DNA from: a virus
Taxonomy: Duplodnaviria > Caudoviricetes
DNA length: 57,539 nt
Strand: one strand, 5' to 3'
Virus record (IMG/VR): IMGVR_UViG_3300033067_000809
Location: 1 to 57,539 of that record
In this document: in pieces, positions 16,529 through 26,197 of the stretch
How the letters are laid out: each line of letters opens with the position of its first letter
Position numbering within the stretch: position 1 is the stretch's first letter
Translations under genes and position numbers: made by a program
Notes under the pieces: model-generated
What the model was told of the DNA's origin: nothing
What the model saw: the letters and a program-made list of their open reading frames with translations, nothing else
Databases searched by the model: none

Positions 16529-17343
16529 AGCAATATGTAGCGCTCATCGAGCGCATCCTCAACGAAGGCGAGCACCGGTACGATCGCACCGGCGTGGGCA
16601 CCACGGCCGTTTTCGGTGGCAGGATCGAGTTCGACCTGCGCGAGCGGTTCCCCCTGGTTACCATCAAAGAGACCCGCTGGAAGGCGGCGTTCCTGGAGAT
16701 GCTGTGGTTCTTGCGCGGCGAGCCCACCACCGAGTTCCTGCACGCACACAACTGCAAGCTGTGGGACGCCTGGGCGGACAAAGACGGACTCGTCGGGCCG
16801 ATTTACGGCGTCAACTGGAGGCGCTGGGGTGGGGTCACCAGTGACGGCCGGCAGGTCTGGGTTGACCAGATCAGGAAACTGATCCAGGGCATCAAGACGA
16901 ATCCGCAGGGCCGGCGGCATCTGGTCAGCGCGTGGAACGTCGCGCAGCTCGATGAGATGGCCCTGCCCCCATGCCACTGGGCGTTCCAGTGCTATGCCAG
17001 CAACGACGGCCACCTGGACATGCAGGTCCAGCAGCGCAGCTGGGACGTGGCACTCGGCGCGCCGTTCAACATCGCGCAGTACGCCCTGCTGCTGCACCTA
17101 CTGGCCCGCGCCACCGGCCGCCAGCCACGGCGCCTGGCCTTCTGCTACGGCGATGCGCACATCTACTCGAACCACCTGGACGCCATGTGGCATGTGGCCC
17201 GGAGATGTCGTCGAGAGGGCGACGCCCCGACCCGCCTGGTGATCGGCACAGCCAACACCGACATCGACGGGTACAAGATCGAGGACTTCGATGTCGCCGA
17301 CTATGTGCACAACCCCTTCGTAAAACTGGAGATCGCAGTATGA
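16525..17343 (+). CDS. thyA: Thymidylate synthase
   Basis: DRTGVGT, GPIYG, MALPPCH, QRS.DV.LG.PFN and GDAHIY motifs. Confidence 0.97.
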   Translation: MKQYVALIERILNEGEHRYDRTGVGTTAVFGGRIEFDLRERFPLVTIKETRWKAAFLEMLWFLRGEPTTEFLHAHNCKLWDAWADKDGLVGPIYGVNWRRWGGVTSDGRQVWVDQIRKLIQGIKTNPQGRRHLVSAWNVAQLDEMALPPCHWAFQCYASNDGHLDMQVQQRSWDVALGAPFNIAQYALLLHLLARATGRQPRRLAFCYGDAHIYSNHLDAMWHVARRCRREGDAPTRLVIGTANTDIDGYKIEDFDVADYVHNPFVKLEIAV

Positions 17344-17567
17344 CCACCCCCGAGTTCACCACGGACCCCAAAGAGCTGGCGCTCATGGCCTGCAAAGCGA
17401 TGCTGCGCCAGCAGCCAGTGCGCATGGTGCTGCCGGAAGGCTGGGAGCGCCCGGATTGCTTCCCACTGCCGATCAAGGCTGACAAGGATTCGCCGGTGCG
17501 CGAGTACCGCCCGCTTGCTGTGCTCGAGTGGGTCAACGACCAACTGCGGACCAAGGCTGCGACATGA
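17340..17567 (+). CDS. Hypothetical protein
   Basis: ATGA coupling. Confidence 0.65.
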   Translation: MTTPEFTTDPKELALMACKAMLRQQPVRMVLPEGWERPDCFPLPIKADKDSPVREYRPLAVLEWVNDQLRTKAAT

Positions 17568-17737
17568 GCGAAATTGACCGCACTCGCATGCTCGAGATCC
17601 AGCTGCTGATCGCCAGCAAGGCGCTGGCGATTGCCCGGGCTATGGCCCTGCACGTCCTGGACAGCCGCCTCGACCTGGCTTTCGGGGAGGCAGAGCGTTT
17701 CGCAGAAGCCACAGAGAACATGTGGGGGCCTGCGTGA
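17564..17737 (+). CDS. Hypothetical protein
   Basis: ATGA coupling. Confidence 0.55.
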   Translation: MSEIDRTRMLEIQLLIASKALAIARAMALHVLDSRLDLAFGEAERFAEATENMWGPA

Positions 17738-18123
17738 ACCCGGCGATGCTCAGTCGGCGCAGCGATACCGCCACGCAACGCCTGATCATCGCTTTGTTGC
17801 GCGACAGCGGGGCTATGATACAGGCTGAAATATGTAGCGCGCTCGGTCTGCACCGCAACACGGTGTATCGGGTGCTTGGGCGACTCCACAAGAGCCGCGT
17901 GGTGTTCATCGAGAGCTGGGTGCACCCGGCTTCGAGCAACACGCTAACCAGGTCCTGGGATCTACGGACCGCAGAGAAGCAAAGCGATGCCACCCGCCCG
18001 AAGCCCAAGGTTCGGGCGGCGATCAACCAGGACTATCGAGATCGGCACAAAGCGCGGCTGGCAGCACGCCGCAGCGTGGAGCGCGCAGATGAACCCAACA
18101 TTTGGAGAGGATTACTATCATGA
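17734..18123 (+). CDS. HTH DNA-binding protein
   Basis: MIQAEICSALGLHRNTVYRVLGRL. Confidence 0.75.
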   Translation: MNPAMLSRRSDTATQRLIIALLRDSGAMIQAEICSALGLHRNTVYRVLGRLHKSRVVFIESWVHPASSNTLTRSWDLRTAEKQSDATRPKPKVRAAINQDYRDRHKARLAARRSVERADEPNIWRGLLS

Positions 18124-18440
18124 CACCCAACGACAAGCCCAGCATCAAACCCACCGCACCCGACGTGGTCGCCCACCCGCTTTATCGCGTCTTCGTGGCA
18201 GCCCTCGAGCAGGCCATGTATGGCAAGGGTGAGCGCCACGGCGGCGCCCAAACTGCATTCACCGAGCAGCCCTGGACCCACTACGCCAAGATGCACGGCC
18301 GCGGTTTCCTGACCGGCCAGGCCGCCAAGAAGCTCGAGGAGGCTGCCAGCACTCGCAACGGCCCAGCATTCGAGCAAGAGGTGCTGGGTGCCATCGTCTA
18401 CTGCGGCATGGCGGTGCTGCGCGAGCGCGGAGAAGCATGA
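18120..18440 (+). CDS. All-helical conserved phage protein, possibly MazG-like
   Basis: KGERH...QP...GQAAKKLEEA...EVLGAIVY. Confidence 0.5.
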   Translation: MTPNDKPSIKPTAPDVVAHPLYRVFVAALEQAMYGKGERHGGAQTAFTEQPWTHYAKMHGRGFLTGQAAKKLEEAASTRNGPAFEQEVLGAIVYCGMAVLRERGEA

Positions 18441-18709
18441 CCGTGACTGGCAAGAAAGACCCGCGCCTCGAGCGCGCCGGCGTGGATGGTTACAACAAGC
18501 CCAAGAAGACGCCAGGCCACCCCACCAAGAGCCACGTCGTCGTGGCCAAGGAGGGCGACAAGGTCAAGACCATCCGGTTTGGCCAGCAGGGCGTCTCCGG
18601 ATCGCCGGATGGCAGCAAGCGCAACGAGGCATTCAAAGCCCGTCATGCGGACAACATTGCCAAGGGCAAGATGAGCGCGGCTTTTTGGGCCAACAAGGTA
18701 AAGTGGTAA
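18437..18709 (+). CDS. Conserved basic viral protein (IRFGQQG...FKARH...SAAFWA)
   Basis: Recurring motif; ATGA coupling. Confidence 0.75.
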   Translation: MTVTGKKDPRLERAGVDGYNKPKKTPGHPTKSHVVVAKEGDKVKTIRFGQQGVSGSPDGSKRNEAFKARHADNIAKGKMSAAFWANKVKW

Positions 18710-18732
18710 TTTTGACACGCAAAGGAGCTGAC

Positions 18733-18900
18733 ATGAACAGCATCATCAGTATCGAGCAAGCGCCCAATGGTTACATCGTTCGGGGGGAGCTGGGCGGCGG
18801 GTGGACCCCCAAAACTCTGGCCGTGTTCAACGACGTCAAAGACCTGGCGAAGTGGATCGAGGAGAACTTCCAGCTGCCGCGCGCGGAGGATGCCCTGTGA
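18733..18900 (+). CDS. Small hypothetical (IEQAPNGYIV)
   Basis: AAGGAG SD. Confidence 0.7.
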   Translation: MNSIISIEQAPNGYIVRGELGGGWTPKTLAVFNDVKDLAKWIEENFQLPRAEDAL

Positions 18901-20891
18901 GCAAGATCACCCCCGTCTATCTCGACTTCGAGTCGTTCTGGTCCACTGAGCACACGCTCAGCAAGATGTCGCCCACCGAGTACGTGATGCACCCACTCAC
19001 GGAAATCCAGTCGATCTCGATCGGCGTTGGTGATGGCGCGATCGGCGTGCTGTTTGGCGAGAAGGAGATCCGGGCCATGCTGGCCAAGATCGACTGGGCC
19101 AACGCGATGGCTATCGGCCACAACATGTCAGGCTTCGACGCGCTGATCCTGCGCTGGCGTTTCGGCATCAACCCCAAGATGTGGGGCTGCACGGCGGCCA
19201 TGGCGCGTGCAGCCCACTCCAAGACCCAGGTCATGCTGGGCGGAAAACCCCTGGTCGGCGTGTCTCTCAAGAAGCTAGCCGCTGAGTTCGGCGTGGGCCG
19301 CAAGCTGGACTTCGAGGCGACCAACACCAAGGGCAAGCGTCTGGAGGACTTCACCCGGGAAGAGATGCAGGCCATGCGCGAGTACAACCGGGTGGACACC
19401 GAGCTTTGCCGCAGCCTGTTCAAGCAGCTGATCAAGGGGTTCCCCAAGCAGGAGCTGCTGCTCATCGACATGACCACGCGCATGCTGGTGGACCCGCAGT
19501 TTGAGCTCGACATGCCCATGCTCGAGGTGGCGCTATCCATGGAGCGCGACGCCAAGCACAAGGCGTTGCTGACCCTGGCCAAGGACATCCGCAAGATCAG
19601 CGGTGTGGACGTTGAGCTCGACTGGCATGACGAGGATGCCGTGGCAGAGTTCGTCCGATCCGAGATGGCATCTGCTGCCCGCTTTGGGTCGCTGTTGCAG
19701 CGCTTGGGCGTGCCGATCCCCATGAAGCAGTCCAAGACCGACCCGGACAAGGACATCCCCGCACTGGCCAAGACTGACGAGGAGTTCATCAAGCTCCAGG
19801 ACCATTCGGACCCGGTGGTGGCGGCAGCTGCGCGGACCCGACTGCAGGTCAAGTCGACCCTGCTTGAGACCCGCCTGGAAGCGTTCATGAAAGCAGGCAA
19901 ATGCGTGGGCGGCATGCTGCCGGTACCCCTGAAATACGCTGGCGCAGATACCACAGGGCGCTGGAGTGGCGAGCAGTACAACTGCCAGAACCTGCCGCGG
20001 ATCAACCCCAAGGTCCCCAAGGCCAGCGATGCGCTGCGCAACAGCCTGCGCGCGCCCAAGGACCACAAGGTGATCGTGTCGGACTTGTCCGGCATCGAGC
20101 TGCGCGTCAACATGTTCTTGTGGAAGGTCCAGTACGCCATGGACCTGTTCAAGGCGGACCCCGAGAAGGCCGACCTGTACCGCTACTTCGCATCGAACAA
20201 CTTGTTCCGCGTGCCGGAGCATGAGATCACGAAAGATCAACGTCAAGTCGGCAAAGTTTCTCATCTTGGCTTGGGTTTTGGCGCGGGCGCGGCGACGTTT
20301 CAGAAGGTCGCCAAGCTCATGGGCAGCATCGACATGCCTCTATACCCGACCGAGGGTATGGGTATCTCGGCGTCCGAGACTGTCGATGCATACCGGGCGG
20401 CGCACCCAGAGATCGCCAGAGGGTGGAAGGCCGCGCAGGCCAGCCTGCCCAACATCATGCAGGGCATCGAATCCAGCATCGATCCGTGGGGCATGTGTGT
20501 CACTGAGAAGCACGCGGTGCGGCTGCCGTCCGGCCGGCGCATCCACTACCCGGACCTGCACAGAGAGGTCGGCACCAACGGCAAATCGGAATGGTGGTAC
20601 GGCAATGGACGCACTCGGGCTCGGATATACGGGCCAAAAATGGTGGAAAATCTGGTCCAGGGGCTGGCGCGCGACGTGATCGCCGAGCACATGGTCAAGT
20701 TCTACCAGGCCACAGGACTGACGCCAGCACTCACGGTCCATGACGAACTGGTTATGGTCGTCCCAGAGGGCGAAGCCGAGGATCTGCTGGCGCAGCTGCA
20801 AGGCATCATGCGCTCCGGCGTGAGCTGGTGGCCGGAGTTAGTCACCTGGTCGGAAGGCGGCGTAGGAGATACTTATGGCGCGGTAAAGTAA
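18897..20891 (+). CDS. Family A DNA polymerase with 3'-5' exonuclease
   Basis: LDFES exo I, HN..FD, TGRWSG..NCQNLPR, DLSGIELR, R..GK..LG.GFG, TVHDE; GTG start with GGAGG SD. Confidence 0.95.
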   Translation: MSKITPVYLDFESFWSTEHTLSKMSPTEYVMHPLTEIQSISIGVGDGAIGVLFGEKEIRAMLAKIDWANAMAIGHNMSGFDALILRWRFGINPKMWGCTAAMARAAHSKTQVMLGGKPLVGVSLKKLAAEFGVGRKLDFEATNTKGKRLEDFTREEMQAMREYNRVDTELCRSLFKQLIKGFPKQELLLIDMTTRMLVDPQFELDMPMLEVALSMERDAKHKALLTLAKDIRKISGVDVELDWHDEDAVAEFVRSEMASAARFGSLLQRLGVPIPMKQSKTDPDKDIPALAKTDEEFIKLQDHSDPVVAAAARTRLQVKSTLLETRLEAFMKAGKCVGGMLPVPLKYAGADTTGRWSGEQYNCQNLPRINPKVPKASDALRNSLRAPKDHKVIVSDLSGIELRVNMFLWKVQYAMDLFKADPEKADLYRYFASNNLFRVPEHEITKDQRQVGKVSHLGLGFGAGAATFQKVAKLMGSIDMPLYPTEGMGISASETVDAYRAAHPEIARGWKAAQASLPNIMQGIESSIDPWGMCVTEKHAVRLPSGRRIHYPDLHREVGTNGKSEWWYGNGRTRARIYGPKMVENLVQGLARDVIAEHMVKFYQATGLTPALTVHDELVMVVPEGEAEDLLAQLQGIMRSGVSWWPELVTWSEGGVGDTYGAVK

Positions 20892-20910
20892 AAGTGGCTA
20901 CAATGCCACT

Positions 20911-21408
20911 ATGGACCACGCAAGTAACGAAAACTGGAAGCAAGCTCCTGGGCCGCACGGACAAAACTACGAAGTGTCTGATTTTGGTCGCGTGCGCAAT
21001 GGGGCCACAAGAAAAATCCTGACGCCTATGATGACCGGCCCTCGACGTCAAGGGGGCCAAACAGCCAAGGTCCGGTTTAGCACCACCCCAAGAGTGGACT
21101 GGTCCGTAGCCGACCTTGTGCTTACCTGTTTTGTCAGCCCAAAACCAGCAGGGTGCGTCGCCATGCATATGGACGACAACAAGCTCAACAACGCGCGGGG
21201 CAACCTTCGGTGGGGGACGCACCGACAAAATGCTGTAGACATGGCTATGAAAAGCCGTGGTGGGGGGCAGAAAGTCAACGTCGAGCAGGCGCGCGCTATC
21301 GTCGAGCGACGAACTCTTGGCGAGAGCGGCGCCAAGCTGGCTAGAGAATTCAACATCTCTCCGCAGCGTGTGTGCGACATCTTCAAAGGCCGGACAAGTA
21401 TTCTTTAA
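20911..21408 (+). CDS. NUMOD4/HNH homing endonuclease with C-terminal HTH
   Basis: ENWK..PG..YEVSDFGRVR; MHMDDNKLNN..NLRWGT..N. Confidence 0.9.
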   Translation: MDHASNENWKQAPGPHGQNYEVSDFGRVRNGATRKILTPMMTGPRRQGGQTAKVRFSTTPRVDWSVADLVLTCFVSPKPAGCVAMHMDDNKLNNARGNLRWGTHRQNAVDMAMKSRGGGQKVNVEQARAIVERRTLGESGAKLAREFNISPQRVCDIFKGRTSIL

Positions 21409-21501
21409 TCGGACCCCCGACATGCTACAGTCGGTGGCATCACAAGCACCCGCCCCAATAGCCACATTGCGCTCCTGGGGCGCCTTCCTATGGAGAGACA
21501 C

Positions 21502-22182
21502 ATGGCAACCATTCCAGCCTGGACGTACAGCCAGTTGGACACGTTCGAGTCGTGCCCTCGCAAGTTCTACCGAACCAAAGTTGCGCGCGACGTCATTGAA
21601 CCCCCCACCATCCACACCGAGTGGGGCACCCGAGTTCACACCGCCATGGAGCACGCCGTGCAAGACGGCACCCCGCTGCCTGATGGCATGAGCCAGTGGC
21701 AAGGTATCGCCGACAAGCTGGCGGCCCTGCCAGGCACCAAGATGTGCGAGCAGCGCTTTGCCATCGGCCGAGACTTTCAGCCTGCGGACTGGAAGCAAGC
21801 CTGGTCGCGCGGCATCGGCGACCTGGTGGTCATCAACGGCAAGTACGCCATCGCGGCGGACTACAAGACCGGCAAGCGCAAGCCGACCGAGCAGCTCGAC
21901 CTGTACGCGGCCTACACGTTCCACCACTACCCTGAGGTGGAGTACGTCCACACGGCGTTCGTCTGGCTCAAGGAAAAGCGCATCGACTGGAACGTCAGCA
22001 AAGCGGACAAGAAGCCGTTTTCTCGCGACGAGGTTCCTGTCATCTGGCAGAACCTGCTGCCGCGTGCCGCACGCCTGGAGTCTGCCTACGAGCGAGACAA
22101 GTGGCCGGCAAAAACCTCCGGGTTGTGCAAAGCCTGGTGCCCGGTCACGGACTGCGAGTTCAACGGTCGGAGGAACGCATGA
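21502..22182 (+). CDS. Cas4-like PD-(D/E)xK exonuclease
   Basis: SQLDTFESCP, GTRVH, D...DYKTGK, QL.LY, C..WC...C. Confidence 0.88.
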   Translation: MATIPAWTYSQLDTFESCPRKFYRTKVARDVIEPPTIHTEWGTRVHTAMEHAVQDGTPLPDGMSQWQGIADKLAALPGTKMCEQRFAIGRDFQPADWKQAWSRGIGDLVVINGKYAIAADYKTGKRKPTEQLDLYAAYTFHHYPEVEYVHTAFVWLKEKRIDWNVSKADKKPFSRDEVPVIWQNLLPRAARLESAYERDKWPAKTSGLCKAWCPVTDCEFNGRRNA

Positions 22183-22388
22183 TCCCGAACGCCCTGATGC
22201 GCAACATGAGCGACGAGGAATTGGAGCGCGCCCTTTATTGCGCGGCCGACGTGCCTCCAATAGCGGCGGAGCTGGCACACCGACTGGTCGCCGCCACAGA
22301 CGCACTGACCGCTGCAGAGGACGAGCTTCGCACCGCAGAGGCGGTTCCAGAGTACGACTGCCCCTACTGCGATGGGGAGTACGACTGA
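22179..22388 (+). CDS. Small hypothetical (CPYC)
   Basis: GGAGG SD; ATGA coupling. Confidence 0.6.
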   Translation: MIPNALMRNMSDEELERALYCAADVPPIAAELAHRLVAATDALTAAEDELRTAEAVPEYDCPYCDGEYD

Positions 22389-22774
22389 TGGCCAAGACCC
22401 CAGAAGGCATCGTCAAAGATGCGGTAAAAAAAGCGCTTGCAGCACACCATGTGCTGCCGTTTACCGAGATCGCCAGCAACAAGCACCCTGAAGCTGTGGG
22501 GGCCTACTACATGCCTGTGGCGGGCCCATTTTCAGTTCACGGGGTCCACGACTTCGTCGGCTGCTGGTCGGGTCGCTTTTTTTCGATCGAGACCAAGGCC
22601 CCCAAAGAGCTGGTCGATGAGACCATTCACCAAGGGCGTTTCCGAGTAGCCTTCACCCAGGCCGGCGGCATCTCCATGACCGGGGTTCGCGACGGCCCTG
22701 CCGCTGTCGCAGCCATCGCCGCCGTCGTCAACCAAGGAGTTCAGCATGCCAAAGTCCACACCGCGAAAACTTGA
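22388..22774 (+). CDS. VRR-NUC nuclease (Holliday junction resolvase-like)
   Basis: TPEG.VK, G.HDF.GC..GRF.SIETKA, Q..F. Confidence 0.85.
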   Translation: MAKTPEGIVKDAVKKALAAHHVLPFTEIASNKHPEAVGAYYMPVAGPFSVHGVHDFVGCWSGRFFSIETKAPKELVDETIHQGRFRVAFTQAGGISMTGVRDGPAAVAAIAAVVNQGVQHAKVHTAKT

Positions 22775-23015
22775 GTACCAGCGCAGCTACAACGCCCGCC
22801 CGGAGGAGGTGGCCAAGCGAGTCAAGAACAACGCCGCGCGCCGCGAAGCCATTGCTGACGGTCGAGCTCGAGTTGGCGACGGGAAAGACGTCGCCCACAA
22901 AAAATCGCTGGAGAACGGTGGCGGCAACAGCCCGGGCAACTTGAAAGTCGAGGACCGCGCCAAGAACCGCGGATGGCGCAAGGGGTCCGCCAGCTACAAC
23001 CCCGACAAGAAATGA
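22746..23015 (+). CDS. Small HNH-like protein
   Basis: GDGKDVAHKK.L.NGG.N...NL.V....NR. Confidence 0.75.
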   Translation: MPKSTPRKLEYQRSYNARPEEVAKRVKNNAARREAIADGRARVGDGKDVAHKKSLENGGGNSPGNLKVEDRAKNRGWRKGSASYNPDKK

Positions 23016-23016
23016 C

Positions 23017-24591
23017 ATGCTGATACACAAGAAAAAGAAGGCGGTCATCCTCAAGTTGCGATCCACGGCAAAGGTCACAACGGTCATCCCGACGGCCAAG
23101 ACCTTCAAGCACCAGGGGGCCGAGTTGGTGGCCGTGCCGCATCGCCCGGATGAGACCCGGGTGCTGCGCAACCTAGGGTTTGATGTCCCAGATCCTATGC
23201 CGATCCACTACGATTGGCCCCGAGTCAGCGGCCGGTACGACCCGTTTGCCGCGCAGCGGGAGACAGCCTCGTTTCTGGCCATGCACTCTCGCGCGTTCTG
23301 CCTCAACGACATGGGGACTGGCAAAACCAACAGCGTGCTCTGGGCCTACGACTACCTGCGCAGGGTACGGCAAGCGTCAAAAATGCTGGTGGTGTGCCCG
23401 CTGTCCACCATGGAGCGCACCTGGGCGGACTCGGTGTTCCAGACCTTTGCCCACCTGGACTGCGCCGTGCTCTATGGCAGCCGCGAGCGCCGGCTCAAGC
23501 TGCTCAAGCAGGATGTGCACATCTACATCATCAACATCGACGGCCTGTCGATCATTGCGGACGAGCTGGCCAACAGGCCTGACATCAACGTGATCACCGT
23601 GGACGAGCTGGCCCTGGCCCGCAACTCCAGCACCACGAGGTGGAAAACGCTCAACGCCATCTGCAACAAGCAGAGCACCCGCCGAGTCTGGGGGTTGACT
23701 GGGTCTCCGACACCAAACTCCCCAACTGACGCCTGGGCGCAGTGCAAGCTGATCATCCCCGAAGGCACCTCGGTGCCCAAGTTCTACGGACACTTCCGGG
23801 ACCGTGTGATGCGCCAAATCACGCAGTTCAAGTGGATTGCCCGGCCTGAGGCCAACGAGGTGGTGCACGCCATGATGCAGCCGGCTATCCGGTTTTCACT
23901 GGACGATTGCACCGATCTGCCCGAGCAGACCTTCATCACCAGGGAAGTCGAGCTGAGCAAAGAGCAAGCTGTGGCCTACCGCGAGATGCTGTCCAAGCTG
24001 TCGGCGGAGGTGGCCGGCGGCCAGATCCTGGCTGTCAACGAAGCTGTGAAGGTCGGCAAGCTGATCCAGATTGCCTGCGGCGTGGCCTACGACACGAACG
24101 GGGACTCGGTGGTGATCCCAGCGAAACCGCGCATGGACGTCCTCAAGGAAGTCATCGAGCAGTCCGAGGGGAAAGTGATCGTGTTCGTGCCACTGACCGG
24201 CGCCCTGGAGTCCGTGGCGCAAGAGCTCAGCAAGCAATGGACGGTTGAGGTGGTGCATGGCGGGACGAGCAAGGCCGAGCGCGACATAATCTTCGGGGAC
24301 TTTCAACGCATGGCTGACCCCAGGGTCCTGGTGGCCAACGCCGCCACCATGAGCCACGGACTGACCCTGACGGCCGCCACAACGATCGTTTGGTACGCCC
24401 CGGTCAACTCGAATGAGGTCTACCAACAGGCGTGCGCCCGAGTGCGCCGGCCAGGCCAGACACGAACCACCGTGATTGTCCACATCTGCGGCACCGATAT
24501 CGAGCGCAAAGCCTACAAGCGCTTGGCCAACAAGGAGTCCATGCAGGGCCTGCTGCTGGACATGATGAAAGACCGCCCAGAAATAGTTTGA
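23017..24591 (+). CDS. SNF2-family helicase
   Basis: MGTGKT, VDE, LTGSP, HGLTL and QACARVRRPGQ motifs. Confidence 0.93.
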   Translation: MLIHKKKKAVILKLRSTAKVTTVIPTAKTFKHQGAELVAVPHRPDETRVLRNLGFDVPDPMPIHYDWPRVSGRYDPFAAQRETASFLAMHSRAFCLNDMGTGKTNSVLWAYDYLRRVRQASKMLVVCPLSTMERTWADSVFQTFAHLDCAVLYGSRERRLKLLKQDVHIYIINIDGLSIIADELANRPDINVITVDELALARNSSTTRWKTLNAICNKQSTRRVWGLTGSPTPNSPTDAWAQCKLIIPEGTSVPKFYGHFRDRVMRQITQFKWIARPEANEVVHAMMQPAIRFSLDDCTDLPEQTFITREVELSKEQAVAYREMLSKLSAEVAGGQILAVNEAVKVGKLIQIACGVAYDTNGDSVVIPAKPRMDVLKEVIEQSEGKVIVFVPLTGALESVAQELSKQWTVEVVHGGTSKAERDIIFGDFQRMADPRVLVANAATMSHGLTLTAATTIVWYAPVNSNEVYQQACARVRRPGQTRTTVIVHICGTDIERKAYKRLANKESMQGLLLDMMKDRPEIV

Positions 24592-24598
24592 AAGGAGC

Positions 24599-24627
24599 TT
24601 GCCCGACACGATTAGTTCATGTATATT
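24599..24627 (+). promoter_or_regulatory. sigma70-like promoter TTGCCC-N17-TATATT
   Basis: Intergenic, 17-bp spacer, upstream of the SSB/primase block. Confidence 0.55.
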
Positions 24628-24652
24628 CAACACACCGCAACAGGAGCAGACA

Positions 24653-25036
24653 GTGAAAATTTCAGAAGCCGTCGAGATCTATATCAAGATGCGCGACAAG
24701 AAGGCGCAGATGAAAGCCGCCTATGAGGCGTCCGTGGCACCGCTCACCGAGAAGATGAACAAGCTGGAGGCGAAGCTGCTGCACATCTTCAACGAGACCG
24801 GTATGGACTCTGTGAAGACGCCGCTGGGCACCGCCTATACCAGCACCCGCACATCGGTGTCGATCGCCGATCGTGATGCGTTTACCAACTTCGTCAAGGA
24901 GACTGGCGATTTCAACATGCTGGAGCTGCGACCCAGCCGCACAGCAGTACCTGAGTTCGCCGACATGAACGGCGGCGAACTGCCACCCGGCATCAACGTG
25001 AGCATCACACGCACGGTCAACGTGCGCCGCTCGTAA
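24653..25036 (+). CDS. Conserved replication-module protein (coiled-coil plus SVKT..GT)
   Basis: AGGAG SD before GTG. Confidence 0.75.
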   Translation: MKISEAVEIYIKMRDKKAQMKAAYEASVAPLTEKMNKLEAKLLHIFNETGMDSVKTPLGTAYTSTRTSVSIADRDAFTNFVKETGDFNMLELRPSRTAVPEFADMNGGELPPGINVSITRTVNVRRS

Positions 25037-25065
25037 TAAACTCAACCCTCCTACCAGGATCAACC

Positions 25066-26070
25066 ATGGCTAACATCATTCCTTTCGACAGCACCAAGAA
25101 CCTGCCTTCCTTCCTCAAGAAGGTCGACGTCGCCGCCCTCAACAACGACCTGACCGCCCACGCCGGCGGTGGTTTCCCGGTCATCTCCATCAAGGGCAAG
25201 GCATTTGCTGTGGTGCGTGACGGTGAGCGCGAGATCCTGCGCAACCCGAAAGACCCTGAAGCCGCGGCTACCAGCCTGGACCTGGTGCTGATCAAGGCGA
25301 ACAAGGGCACTTCCAAGGTGTTCTACATCAAGGGCTACGACAAGGACAGCGAAGGCCAGAAGCCGGACTGCTACTCCAACGATGGCATCACCCCGGGCGC
25401 TGACTCTCAAAACAAGCAGGCATCCAAGTGCGCGACCTGCAAGCACAACCAGTGGGGGTCGCGCGTCACCGAGAAGGGTGCATCCAAGGGCAAGGCCTGC
25501 TCCGACTCCGTTCGCATCGCCGTGGCACCTGCCGGCCAGATCAACGACGCCATGCTGCTGCGCGTGCCGCCGGCATCCATCAAAGCCCTGGGCGAGTATG
25601 GCCGTGTGTTGGCAAAACGCAACGTCGGCTACAACATGGTCGTGACCAAGGTCTCGTTTGACATGGAGGCCGAGAGCCCCAAGCTGATGTTCAAACCGGT
25701 GGGCTTCTTGGATGACGACGGCTTCGGCGAAGTCCAGGAGCTGATGGAGTCCGACCTGATCGGCAACATCCTGGGCTCCAGCCCCGACGTGGAAGTCGAA
25801 GCTGACCCGTTGGCCGGCCAAGAGCCGCCCAAGGCAAAAGCCAAGCCCGCCCCTGCGGTCGAGGAAGAGGCGGAGGAAGAAGTGGAAGCCGCTCCGGCAC
25901 CGAAGCCAGCCGCCAAGAAGGCCGCCAAGCCGAAGGTCGAAACGCCTGTTGAGGACGCTGAAGAAGAGGCCCCGGCGCCCAAGCATGCTGCCAAGAAGGC
26001 TGCCAAGCCCGCACCTGTGGTCGAGGACGACATGGACTTCGATATCGACGGCATCAGCTTCGACGACTGA
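25066..26070 (+). CDS. Putative ssDNA-binding protein
   Basis: Position between helicase and primase; Cys cluster; acidic tail ending ISFDD. Confidence 0.65.
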   Translation: MANIIPFDSTKNLPSFLKKVDVAALNNDLTAHAGGGFPVISIKGKAFAVVRDGEREILRNPKDPEAAATSLDLVLIKANKGTSKVFYIKGYDKDSEGQKPDCYSNDGITPGADSQNKQASKCATCKHNQWGSRVTEKGASKGKACSDSVRIAVAPAGQINDAMLLRVPPASIKALGEYGRVLAKRNVGYNMVVTKVSFDMEAESPKLMFKPVGFLDDDGFGEVQELMESDLIGNILGSSPDVEVEADPLAGQEPPKAKAKPAPAVEEEAEEEVEAAPAPKPAAKKAAKPKVETPVEDAEEEAPAPKHAAKKAAKPAPVVEDDMDFDIDGISFDD

Positions 26071-26121
26071 TCCTCGGGGGCGCCTGCAATGTGCCCAGGC
26101 CTGGGGCGCCCCTACCTCCCA

Positions 26122-26148
26122 GAAGCCCCACAGCGGGCTTCTTTTTTT
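26122..26148 (+). terminator. Rho-independent terminator
   Basis: GAAGCCC-loop-GGGCTTC followed by T7. Confidence 0.8.
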
Positions 26149-26197
26149 GGAATGGCAATGCGCAACTTGTCAGCAATGAACAGAACGGGGGGTTGAT

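Noticed and set aside
20911-21408. HNH gene as part of a group I intron splitting the polymerase gene
   Set aside because: The polymerase ends with a complete C-terminus before the HNH gene
21502-22182. Cas4-like gene as evidence of CRISPR-Cas
   Set aside because: Stand-alone phage exonuclease in the replication module; no array or cas1/cas2
25820-26020. Repeated GCCAAGAAGGC(C/T)GCCAAGCC in the SSB gene
   Set aside because: Simply encodes the AAKKAAKP low-complexity linker
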